From: an uncultured Lachnospiraceae bacterium
GTDB lineage: Bacteria > Bacillota > Clostridia > Lachnospirales > Lachnospiraceae
Assembly: GCA_946620035.1 (NCBI GenBank)
Contig: CAMOMX010000001.1
Span: 1,934 to 65,933 of the forward strand
Direction of reading: 5' to 3'
Length of the DNA: 64,000 nucleotides
In this document: positions 55,729 through 64,000 of the stretch, in pieces
How the letters are laid out: each line of letters starts with the position of its first letter
Numbering within the stretch: the first letter of the stretch is position 1
Program-made: the position numbers and the translations under genes
Notes under the pieces: model-generated
The model's input: only the letters and a program-made list of their open reading frames with translations
What the model was told of the DNA's origin: nothing
Database searches by the model: none

Positions 55729-57615
55729 TTACTTTTTCCTTGAGCTCTCAATGAAAGAGTAGGACATATCATCGTCGTCATCAAGAAGGGGATCTGTAAA
55801 GTCCTCCGGATCATCGTCGTCATATTCTCTGCCGGAAAAATCATTCTCTTCTTCCCTGTACCTGACATTTTTCATGACACGCTGCATGGACAGTCTTCCC
55901 TGTCCGCTGTCGGGTTTCTGATCATAAGAAGGCTCTCTGTTATCGAAATCGTCGTCCTCCTCGTAATCGTCCTCCTCCCTGGGAAGATATTCGATGTCCT
56001 CCGGATACTCTTTGTACTCGTCAAATTCGCGGGTATAGCCCCTTTCTTCCTCTTCTTCCTCCTCATCGGAATCGGCGTCATCGTCCGCGTCTTCCCTCGA
56101 TTCAGAGCCGAAGATCTTTCTCAAAAATCCGAAAAAGCTCCCTTTGTCTCTCCCGGAACCGCCTCTTCTTCTGACGGGCTCCTCCGAATCTTCCTCGTCC
56201 TCGAATTCGTCGTCCTCTTCGTAATACTCTTCGTCATCGTATTCGTCGTCATCATCGACGTAATCTTCGTCGTCAGGCTCTGCCTGTACAGGCTGAACGT
56301 CCGAAGGCTCTTCGTCGTCGAATTCGCCGTCCTCTTCTCTATAGTCGGCATCGCTCTCGTCATCCTCCGATCCCGTTTCTTCCCGGTCCGGTCCGCTGAC
56401 AGGAATCGTCTTTTCAGCCGGCGCGCCCTGCTGTTCAGAAGGGGATACCTTCTCGGGAGCCGCGGGCGCTTCCTCAGAAGACGGGAGCACCTCCCCGACA
56501 GCCGGGAGCGGAGCCTTATCCTTAGCCGGTTCCGGCTTCGCGTTCTTTTTCGCGCTGTCAGGATCCTCGCTCTTTACTGCGGGCTCTTCCTCGTCCGGAA
56601 GATCCTCTTTCTCTGTCTCGGACGCTTCCGGGGGGACGACTTCCTCTTCCTTCTCCTGACTAAGATCCACAGCTGTGGGCTCCGCGTCTTCAGGCTCCTT
56701 CAGCTCGACCGTTGTGTCCCGGACTTCTTCCTCCGGCGCCTCATCATCGTCGTCGAAGTAGTAATCATCGTCATCGCCGTCCTCATCGTCCTCTTCCTCA
56801 TAAGGGGAATAGCCGGCAACTTCGAGGTTCCTTCTTCTCGAGCTCTTTCTGCCGTCCCTGATGGATTTGATGAGATAGAGCGCGAATGCCGCAAGGCAGA
56901 CTGTCAGAATACCGAAAATGATCGCCGCGGGCTTCCAGGCACCGGGTCCTCCGGCCGCCTTGGCATCGCTCTCCCCGCCGTTCATGTCGCTGATCCGGAT
57001 CTTACTTCCGTTGTCATCATTGTAGACGTACCAGTTTCCGGATCCGTCCGATTCCGTCTCATATTTGACCGAGAAATGAGCGTTGGGGTCTTTGGTGGCG
57101 TCGTAATCCGCAGGCTTTGCGGTTTCCGCATTACCGGCTTCTTCTTTGTTTTCTTCCGCCGCGGGCTGTTCCTTCTCCGCAGTGTTTTCTTCCTCTTTGG
57201 CCTCGGCGGGCTCGTCCGCCTTCTCCTGCGGCTCAGCCTCCTGCTCTTCTTCCGCCGGTTCCGCTTCCTGCGCCTCCTCATTGAACTGCCTGAGTTCTTC
57301 CTCGCTCGCTTCAATAAAGTCAGCGCGGACGTAGCCCGTATTTCCGTTTTCGAGCTGCACATAATACCATGTGGATCCGTCACCGGACTGCTCCACGCCA
57401 AGGATCGTCACTTCATCCCCCTGATTGAGGCTTCCGATGACATTGTCATCCTCTGTATCGGGTGCATTTCTTATCCTGACTTCATCTCCTATTGAAGTTG
57501 CCGCGGACGCGCCGATCGGATAGACCATTGCGCTTACACTGACAAGAACACCGGCCGCAACAGCCGACAGCAATTTCACAAATCTTTTGTTCCACTTGCT
57601 CATTTTATTCTCCAT
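55729..57615 (-). CDS. SH3b-domain membrane protein with long acidic tail
   Basis: Signal peptide, SH3b (VRIRNAP..WYYV..GYVRADFI), TM at about aa 228-250, about 370 aa D/E-rich C-terminus. Confidence 0.8.
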   Translation of the reverse strand: MENKMSKWNKRFVKLLSAVAAGVLVSVSAMVYPIGASAATSIGDEVRIRNAPDTEDDNVIGSLNQGDEVTILGVEQSGDGSTWYYVQLENGNTGYVRADFIEASEEELRQFNEEAQEAEPAEEEQEAEPQEKADEPAEAKEEENTAEKEQPAAEENKEEAGNAETAKPADYDATKDPNAHFSVKYETESDGSGNWYVYNDDNGSKIRISDMNGGESDAKAAGGPGAWKPAAIIFGILTVCLAAFALYLIKSIRDGRKSSRRRNLEVAGYSPYEEEDDEDGDDDDYYFDDDDEAPEEEVRDTTVELKEPEDAEPTAVDLSQEKEEEVVPPEASETEKEDLPDEEEPAVKSEDPDSAKKNAKPEPAKDKAPLPAVGEVLPSSEEAPAAPEKVSPSEQQGAPAEKTIPVSGPDREETGSEDDESDADYREEDGEFDDEEPSDVQPVQAEPDDEDYVDDDDEYDDEEYYEEDDEFEDEEDSEEPVRRRGGSGRDKGSFFGFLRKIFGSESREDADDDADSDEEEEEEERGYTREFDEYKEYPEDIEYLPREEDDYEEDDDFDNREPSYDQKPDSGQGRLSMQRVMKNVRYREEENDFSGREYDDDDPEDFTDPLLDDDDDMSYSFIESSRKK

Positions 57616-57730
57616 TCTGAATCAGACCCGGTCCGGGATCCCCTGCGCGCAGCAGTCCGGATTCAAACATCTGACTTCAATCCTCTGACTTCAATACTGT
57701 AAATTATACGTGGCAGTAACTGCCCGGAAG

Positions 57731-59008
57731 TTACTGCACGGAATCGATCGCTTTACCGATGTCATGGCGCATATACATGCCGTCAAAGTGCACCAGCTCC
57801 GTGGCGCGGTACGCGTTTTCCCTCGCCTCTTTGAGAGTTTTGCCGAGCGCCGTCACGCCGAGGACGCGCCCGCCGCTGGTCACGGTCTCGCCGTTCTTGT
57901 TTAAGGACGTTCCCGCGTGGAAGCAGTAATACCCGTCTTTCCCGTCAAACGCATCAAGGCCCGTGATGACTTTCCCCTTCTCATAGCTTCCGGGATATCC
58001 GCCCGATGCGATGACTACGCAGACTGCCGCGTTGTCACAAAATTCCAGGTCGATCCGGTCGAGCGTTCCGTCTATGCACGCCTCCATCACATCCACGATA
58101 TCCGTCTTCATCCTGGGCAGGACGACCTGGGTCTCGGGATCTCCGAAGCGCGTATTGTACTCGAGAACTTTGGGCCCGTCCGCCGTCAGCATCAGGCCAA
58201 AATACAGAACGCCTCTGAAAGGTCTTCCCTCTGAAGCCATGGCATCCATTGTCCTCTGGTAAATATTTTCCCTGCAATAAGCATCGATTTCTTCCGTGTA
58301 GAAAGGACTGGGGGAGAAGGTTCCCATTCCGCCCGTGTTGAGGCCTGTGTCGCCGTCACCCGCTCTCTTGTGGTCCTGGGAACTGCTCATGAGCTTATAG
58401 TGCTTTCCGTCCGCAAACGCAAGGACCGACACTTCCCTTCCGGTCATGAACTCCTCGATGACGATCTTACTTCCGGCATCCCCGAACTTTTTGTCCGTCA
58501 TCAGATCGCTCACACCTGCCTTCGCTTCTTCAAGCGTATTGCAGATGAGAACGCCCTTCCCCAGCGCGAGGCCGGACGCCTTGAGGACGATCGGCATCTT
58601 TGCCGTCTCGAGATATTCGAGCGCCTTTCCGGCGTCCTCGAAGATCTCATAGGCCGCCGTCGGGATCTTGTATTTCTTCATCAGATCTTTGGAAAAGGCC
58701 TTGCTTCCCTCGATGATCGCCGCGTTCGCGGGCGTCCCGAAGATCCTGAGCCCTTCCGCTTCAAACGCGTCGACAATCCCGGCACAGAGCGGATCGTCCA
58801 TGCTGCAGACTGTCAGATCGATCTCTTTTTCTTTGGCAAACGCTGTCAGCGCGGCAAAATCCATGGTCCCGATCGGGACGCACTCCGCGATTCCGGCAAT
58901 GCCGGCATTTCCGGGCGCGCAGTAGAGCTTCTCAACCTGCGGGCTTCTTCTGAGCGCCTCCGCGATCGCATGTTCTCTTCCGCCGCCGCCTACGAGTAAT
59001 ACTTTCAT
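57731..59008 (-). CDS. purD: Phosphoribosylamine--glycine ligase
   Basis: GGGGREHA, EGSKAFSK, QDHKR..NTGGMG, RFGDPETQ. Confidence 0.97.
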   Translation of the reverse strand: MKVLLVGGGGREHAIAEALRRSPQVEKLYCAPGNAGIAGIAECVPIGTMDFAALTAFAKEKEIDLTVCSMDDPLCAGIVDAFEAEGLRIFGTPANAAIIEGSKAFSKDLMKKYKIPTAAYEIFEDAGKALEYLETAKMPIVLKASGLALGKGVLICNTLEEAKAGVSDLMTDKKFGDAGSKIVIEEFMTGREVSVLAFADGKHYKLMSSSQDHKRAGDGDTGLNTGGMGTFSPSPFYTEEIDAYCRENIYQRTMDAMASEGRPFRGVLYFGLMLTADGPKVLEYNTRFGDPETQVVLPRMKTDIVDVMEACIDGTLDRIDLEFCDNAAVCVVIASGGYPGSYEKGKVITGLDAFDGKDGYYCFHAGTSLNKNGETVTSGGRVLGVTALGKTLKEARENAYRATELVHFDGMYMRHDIGKAIDSVQ

Positions 59009-59023
59009 GGACAATCCTCCCTC

Positions 59024-59656
59024 TTATGATTCCCTGATATGGGTGATTCCGTTTCCGTCAATCGTAACTCTTCCCTGAGCGATCAGGGAGATCGCCTCCG
59101 GCAGCAGTTTCCACTCTGCCTCCTCCATCACGCGTCTCTGCAGTATCTGAGGTGTGTCACCCTCGCGGACCTCCACGGCTTTCTGAAGAAGAATCGGGCC
59201 GTGGTCGAGGTCCTCGTCGACAAAGTGGACCGTTGCGCCCGTCACCTTGACGCCTCTTTCAAGAACTTTCTCGTGGACATGAAGTCCGTAGTATCCCTTT
59301 CCGCAGAAGGAGGGAATCAGGGCAGGGTGAATATTGATGATCTTTCCCCGGTAAGCGCTGATCACGCATTCAGGGACCGCGACCATAAAGCCTGCCAGAA
59401 CGATCAGGTCCGGCGATGCCTCGTTCAGCGCTTCCAAGAGCGCCTCGTTAAAGAGAGCGCGGCTCTCAAACGTCTTCGGGGATACGCAGATCCCTTCGAT
59501 GCCTGCCTGCGCCGCTCTTTCAAGCGCGTAGGCGCGGGGATTGTTGCTGATCACCCTCACCAGCTCCGCGCCCTTAATCGTGCCGCCCTTTACCGCGTCT
59601 ATGATCGCCTGGAGATTCGTTCCGCCGCCGGATACGCATACGGCAACTCTCAGCAT
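59024..59656 (-). CDS. purN: Phosphoribosylglycinamide formyltransferase
   Basis: [30 protein letters not shown]. Confidence 0.97.
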   Translation of the reverse strand: MLRVAVCVSGGGTNLQAIIDAVKGGTIKGAELVRVISNNPRAYALERAAQAGIEGICVSPKTFESRALFNEALLEALNEASPDLIVLAGFMVAVPECVISAYRGKIINIHPALIPSFCGKGYYGLHVHEKVLERGVKVTGATVHFVDEDLDHGPILLQKAVEVREGDTPQILQRRVMEEAEWKLLPEAISLIAQGRVTIDGNGITHIRES

Positions 59657-60684
59657 AATTCCACTCCCTTCTCAGCCCCTTCTGCGACGTCTCCGATCAC
59701 ATACGCCTCTTCGCCTGCCGCTTTCAGGGCTTCCACGGCCTTGTCCGCATCGTCTTTGTCAAGCGCCAGTACCATTCCGATGCCCATGTTGAAGGTGTTG
59801 TACATCATCTTCTCTTCGAGTCCGCCCGTTTTCTGCAGGAGGCCGAAGATCGCGGGAACGGGATAGCTGTCCTTTCTGACCCTGGCGACGATGCCATCAG
59901 GGAGCATTCTCGGAATATTTTCGTAGAAGCCGCCTCCTGTGATATGGCTGCATCCCTTGATGCGGATCCCGGCCTCTTTCACAGCGCGGAGCGCCTTCAC
60001 ATAGATCTTTGTCGGGGTCAGAAGCGCGTCGCCCAAGGTCATTCCGAGCTCGGGATAGAAGCGCTTTAAATTGGTCTCATTGACATCAAACACTTTTCTC
60101 ACGAGGGAGAAGCCGTTACTGTGGACGCCCGAAGACGCGATTCCCACGAGCTTGTCTCCCGGTTTGATGTCCGCGCCTGTGATCAGGTCTTTTTCATCGG
60201 CGACGCCCACGGCGAATCCGGCAAGATCATATTCGTCGACCGGATAAAAGCCCGGCATCTCAGCCGTCTCTCCTCCGATCAGCGCCGCATCCGACTGAAC
60301 GCACCCCTCGCAGACGCCGGAGACGATCTCCGCGATCTTTTCGGGGACGTTCTTTCCGCAGGCAATATAGTCGAGGAAGTAGAGCGGTTCTCCGCCCGCG
60401 CACGCCACATCATTGACGCACATGGCAACGCAGTCGATTCCCACGGTGTCATGCTTATCCATCAGAAAAGCGATCTTGAGCTTTGTTCCCACTCCGTCGG
60501 TTCCGGACAGAAGGACCGGCTTTTCCATCTCCTTGATCTTCGCGAGGGAGAAAGCGCCCGAGAAGCCCCCGAGACCGCCCATTACTTCAGGCCGCATGGT
60601 CCGCTTCACATACTGTTTCATCAGTTCAACACTGCGGTAACCGGCCTCGATATCCACGCCGGAACTTTTATAATCCAAACCCAT
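59650..60684 (-). CDS. purM: AIR synthetase
   Basis: [35 protein letters not shown]. Confidence 0.97.
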   Translation of the reverse strand: MGLDYKSSGVDIEAGYRSVELMKQYVKRTMRPEVMGGLGGFSGAFSLAKIKEMEKPVLLSGTDGVGTKLKIAFLMDKHDTVGIDCVAMCVNDVACAGGEPLYFLDYIACGKNVPEKIAEIVSGVCEGCVQSDAALIGGETAEMPGFYPVDEYDLAGFAVGVADEKDLITGADIKPGDKLVGIASSGVHSNGFSLVRKVFDVNETNLKRFYPELGMTLGDALLTPTKIYVKALRAVKEAGIRIKGCSHITGGGFYENIPRMLPDGIVARVRKDSYPVPAIFGLLQKTGGLEEKMMYNTFNMGIGMVLALDKDDADKAVEALKAAGEEAYVIGDVAEGAEKGVELC

Positions 60685-60770
60685 ATACTGTATTTTCCTC
60701 CGTCTCTTTATACTTGCTTTTTATTCAGGTGCCGATCCGGTCTGTGACTCCGGGAACTGTCCTCTCTGAT

Positions 60771-61271
60771 TCAGTAATTCTTGTAACCGGTTTCCTGCAG
60801 ACGCGCGTCCTTCTTTTCCACATCACCGGCCATACCGGCGCTGTATTCCTTCAGGCGCCCGAGGAGCTCGCTGTCGGATACGGCCAGGATCTTGGCCGCC
60901 AGGATTCCGGCGTTTTTGCCGCCGCCGATCGCCACTGTGGCAACCGGAATGCCTGAGGGCATCTGGACGATGGAATACAGAGAGTCTCTTCCGCCGAGGG
61001 ATGTGGTGTGCATCGGTATGCCGATGACAGGCATAGGAAACAGCGCGGCGCACATGCCGGGAAGATGCGCGGCCATTCCGGCCCCCGCAATGATCACCTT
61101 GATTCCTCTCTCTTCCGCGCTTTTTGCCCAGTTAAAAAACAGATCGGGCTCCCTGTGAGCCGAGATGATGTGCATTTCATAGCTGATCCCGAACTCATCG
61201 AGAACTTCTGCCGCCTTACTCATAACGGAAAGATCCGAATCACTTCCCATAACGATTCCTACTTTTGCCAT
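60771..61271 (-). CDS. purE: N5-CAIR mutase
   Basis: [32 protein letters not shown]. Confidence 0.97.
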   Translation of the reverse strand: MAKVGIVMGSDSDLSVMSKAAEVLDEFGISYEMHIISAHREPDLFFNWAKSAEERGIKVIIAGAGMAAHLPGMCAALFPMPVIGIPMHTTSLGGRDSLYSIVQMPSGIPVATVAIGGGKNAGILAAKILAVSDSELLGRLKEYSAGMAGDVEKKDARLQETGYKNY

Positions 61272-61394
61272 AGTGCCTCCTTACCTGTCAGTATGTGTCT
61301 TCTTGTATGTCCATTTCCTCTTATTCTGTCAACAAACATAACTTCACGAGTTTAGTTTAACGAAAACGGTTCTCCAGTGCAACCTCGAAAGGCC

Positions 61395-63479
61395 TCACTT
61401 TTGGAAACTTCCTCTCCGCCCGAGCGGTTCGTTGAGCGCCTCCGTCCCCTCGAGCACAAATTTTCCATCCGCGATGACCGGTATTCTCGTGCCGTCTCTT
61501 CGAACCGCCGTGATCTCTCCCAGCTCCCCGTAGGGAAGCGTGATGTCCGTGTGACAGCCAAAATAGGCCCTTTCCGGTCTTGTCTTTCTGAGGACCGATA
61601 CGCTGTTATCTTTGGCGATCACTTCTTTTCCGTCCGGATTGTAGACATGATTGTCCTCTTCGCCCGCGTAACAGGTATCGCCGAGCGCGAAGTGCGGCCC
61701 TGTTTTCTCAGCGATCAGAGGGGGGAGCCTGTCAAAGATTCCGTATTTTGACGCGGCCGCGTAGGCCATGGTATTGGTTCCTATCGCGCACTCCCCCATA
61801 GGAAGCGTTCTGTGATGAAAGAGCAGTTTTTCCTCGATCAGCCTGCGGCCCTTGCCGGCGTCTTCATAATTTGCGCAGCTGTAGTCCCTGACCCACCCGT
61901 CCTCAAAAGTAAGAACAAGGTCCTTGAAACACAGTCCGTTCGCGTGGGCTCTCCTCACATGGAGTCTTCCCGCCGTCCCTTCAAGGACCGGCGTTGTGAA
62001 GACTTCCCCCGCGGGAATATTGACGTCTGAGAGACAGTTTGTAAAGCTCGCTTCACTGTCAGGGTCAGACGGCTCGGGAAGCATGACTGTGAGGGATGTC
62101 CCGTTTCCCTCCCTTCCCTTAACTTCCAGCATGCAGGCCGTCGAGAGCGCGTCGGAAAGCCTTGTCTGCGCCCTCTCAAAGACAGCGTTGTCCTGTGTGT
62201 TGATCCGGACCACGCAGTCGAAGATCTCCTCATATTCGGCCCTTCCTTTCGCGACAGAGGGCATCGGATGCGCGATGACCGTAAAGCTTCTGTTTCTGGC
62301 ATCGACAGCGTCGTCGCAGAGTCTCTCCGCCCGGGACACGTACTCCGCGCTGAGCCTCTTCTGCGCCTTGCTGTAACAGGGGGCCTCCCTTTTTTTCTCC
62401 GGGATCAAAGGGGGCGGTCCGAATGTCTCAAGAACGATGGGCCCCGCATAGCGGACCGTCTCTTTTTTGAGCGTCCTGTAGGCATTGGCAAGTCCCTCCA
62501 GGCGCCTCTTCGAGAGCGCGTCATCGAGAAACAGCGCGAGGTCCTCCCTGTGGTCGCCAAAGTACTGAGGGTTCGGATCGGCTCCCCGGTAACACTCCTC
62601 CTGATCCCGCCCAAGACAGAACAGAGTCGGGTAAAAGGCGGGAAGGATTGCCGTGAGCCGCGCCTTGGAAAGCCGCTTTACGATCTCCCTGCCAAGCCTC
62701 TCAAATCCCATGTGGAAGACGACCGATGCTCTCTTTTTGGCCAGAATATTCTTGCCGCCGTTTGTAAAGCCACGAAGAAAGCCCTCCACGACCGTATCCG
62801 CGATCAGGGCTGTCCTTTCCTCACTAAGTCCCGCGATCAGTTCCGCGGTAAGGATCTCCTCCCCGGTCACGAATTCCCCCGTGAGATAAAGATCCCTGAC
62901 CGCCGCGGAATCCTTCATGACCATCCCGTGCAGCCTTGTGCTTCCCTCCACCAGCCTTTCCCTCTCGCAGAAGGTCATTTCCTCCTCCGCGTAATCGAAA
63001 AGATACTGGCGGATGATACTCCGGATCTGCCCTTCCCCGGGACAGTCCCCGCTCTCCCTGTAAGCCACGCAGAAAGCCGTATAGACTTCCAGAAACAGTT
63101 CTGTGCGGATGAGAAATCGCTCCCTGTGTCTTCCGTAGACAAACGGGATCACGCTTCGCATCTCATAGCGGAGCGCCGACAGCAGAGGTCCGAATTCCGC
63201 GCCCAGCTTTCGGACCGCATAGGCCGGGTCCGAATAGCTCTTTTCATAAGAACCCGGAAGGATCTCCCTGTACAGCGCGAGATTCCTCTCCCGGAGTTTC
63301 TCAAGGGAACTCGTCTGTGCCTCGCCCGAATCCAGAAACTCCGCCTCCTCCTGCATCCGGATCAGCCACTCAGCCCCCTCTTTAAAGTATTCCGAAAACC
63401 GGGGATCTGTCCCGTCCTCGCCCGGGATCTGCCGGATCCTCTCCATCGCGGCTGTGTATCGAAGTTCTGTCAGGTCCAT
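61395..63479 (-). CDS. M29 (AmpS/AmpT-like) metallo-aminopeptidase with long N-terminal extension
   Basis: NIPAGEVFTTP, GECAIGTN, EKTGPHFALG, HTDIT. Confidence 0.85.
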   Translation of the reverse strand: MDLTELRYTAAMERIRQIPGEDGTDPRFSEYFKEGAEWLIRMQEEAEFLDSGEAQTSSLEKLRERNLALYREILPGSYEKSYSDPAYAVRKLGAEFGPLLSALRYEMRSVIPFVYGRHRERFLIRTELFLEVYTAFCVAYRESGDCPGEGQIRSIIRQYLFDYAEEEMTFCERERLVEGSTRLHGMVMKDSAAVRDLYLTGEFVTGEEILTAELIAGLSEERTALIADTVVEGFLRGFTNGGKNILAKKRASVVFHMGFERLGREIVKRLSKARLTAILPAFYPTLFCLGRDQEECYRGADPNPQYFGDHREDLALFLDDALSKRRLEGLANAYRTLKKETVRYAGPIVLETFGPPPLIPEKKREAPCYSKAQKRLSAEYVSRAERLCDDAVDARNRSFTVIAHPMPSVAKGRAEYEEIFDCVVRINTQDNAVFERAQTRLSDALSTACMLEVKGREGNGTSLTVMLPEPSDPDSEASFTNCLSDVNIPAGEVFTTPVLEGTAGRLHVRRAHANGLCFKDLVLTFEDGWVRDYSCANYEDAGKGRRLIEEKLLFHHRTLPMGECAIGTNTMAYAAASKYGIFDRLPPLIAEKTGPHFALGDTCYAGEEDNHVYNPDGKEVIAKDNSVSVLRKTRPERAYFGCHTDITLPYGELGEITAVRRDGTRIPVIADGKFVLEGTEALNEPLGRRGSFQK

Positions 63480-63535
63480 TTCTCTCCTTTGCTTTTTGCT
63501 GAAGCTGACTTCCGGGTTCCTTCAGCATTACCGTA

Positions 63536-63580
63536 AATCAGGCTCTGCTGTCTGCACTGGACAGCGGAGCCTGATGTCTT
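63536..63580 (-). terminator. Hairpin after pyrE
   Basis: atcaggctctgctgtc..gacagcggagcctgat. Confidence 0.6.
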
Positions 63581-63585
63581 ACTCT

Positions 63586-64000
63586 TTATGACTGTTTGAC
63601 GCCGTACTCAGCATAATAGCTGTCCAGAGAAGCTTTGATCTTGTCATCGATCAGAACTTTTCCGTTTACCGGCCTGTTATACAGATACTCCTGTACTTCA
63701 TCCATCGTGACAATAGCCCCTGTGGGGAAGCCGTAGTCCTCTTTGATCTCATTGAGGGCGCTGACCGTACCTTTGGGTCCCACCTCTCTCCTGTCAAGAG
63801 AGACGATAAGCCCTATGATATCTACATCCGCCTGGGCCCTTATGATCGGAACGGTCTCGGCGATCGAAGCGCCCGAAGTCGTCACATCTTCGATGATCAG
63901 CACCCGGTCCTCATCCCTGAGCTTGGTTCCCAGAAGGATCCCGGTATCGCCGTGATCTTTGATCTCTTTGCGGTTCGCGCAGTATTTGATATCGCGCCCG
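63586..64000 (-). CDS. pyrE: Orotate phosphoribosyltransferase (3' part; starts beyond window end)
   Basis: NRKEIKDHGD loop and PRPP motif VLIIEDVTTSG. Confidence 0.9.
   Translation of the reverse strand, partial: GRDIKYCANRKEIKDHGDTGILLGTKLRDEDRVLIIEDVTTSGASIAETVPIIRAQADVDIIGLIVSLDRREVGPKGTVSALNEIKEDYGFPTGAIVTMDEVQEYLYNRPVNGKVLIDDKIKASLDSYYAEYGVKQS

Noticed and set aside
55729-56800. CRISPR array or tandem DNA repeat in tcgtcatc-rich sequence
   Set aside because: Low-complexity Asp/Glu codons in frame; no repeat-spacer structure or cas genes in the window

Overview
Chromosomal window from an anaerobic Firmicute, most consistent with Lachnospiraceae/Clostridia (fused clostridial-type PurL, GlnRS, His6-type HisA, AddAB). 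Nearly all genes are on the minus strand. Most are housekeeping: addAB, uracil permease, glnS, guaB, thrR-hom-aspartokinase, dapAB-hisA, purL-queH-argS, livKHMGF, clpC-radA, purEMND and pyrE. Two accessory regions stand out. (1) An AT-rich islet of about 1 kb behind tRNA-Trp carries integrase arm-like repeats, a truncated RHH-type ORF and an intact YafQ-type toxin with an atypical antitoxin. (2) A locus at about 37.6-50.8 kb has a LysR gene between two operons that share an identical promoter architecture (ATAG-N7-CTAT box, same spacing to -35/-10). The operons encode two acyl-CoA dehydrogenases, an FldA-like family III CoA-transferase, a FadK-like CoA ligase, a YdiM-like MFS permease and an unusual Cys-rich desulfoferrodoxin-like protein. 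A TctCBA transporter and a cinnamoyl-esterase-like hydrolase lie adjacent. This is the best candidate for an undescribed system: a CoA-loop reductive pathway for plant phenolic or alicyclic acids with no ETF in the locus. Other notable items are a leader-peptide/terminator attenuator before the uracil permease and a YtrA-type GntR repressor with its operator heading clpC-radA in place of ctsR-mcsAB. All family assignments come from recalled motifs; no database searches were run.
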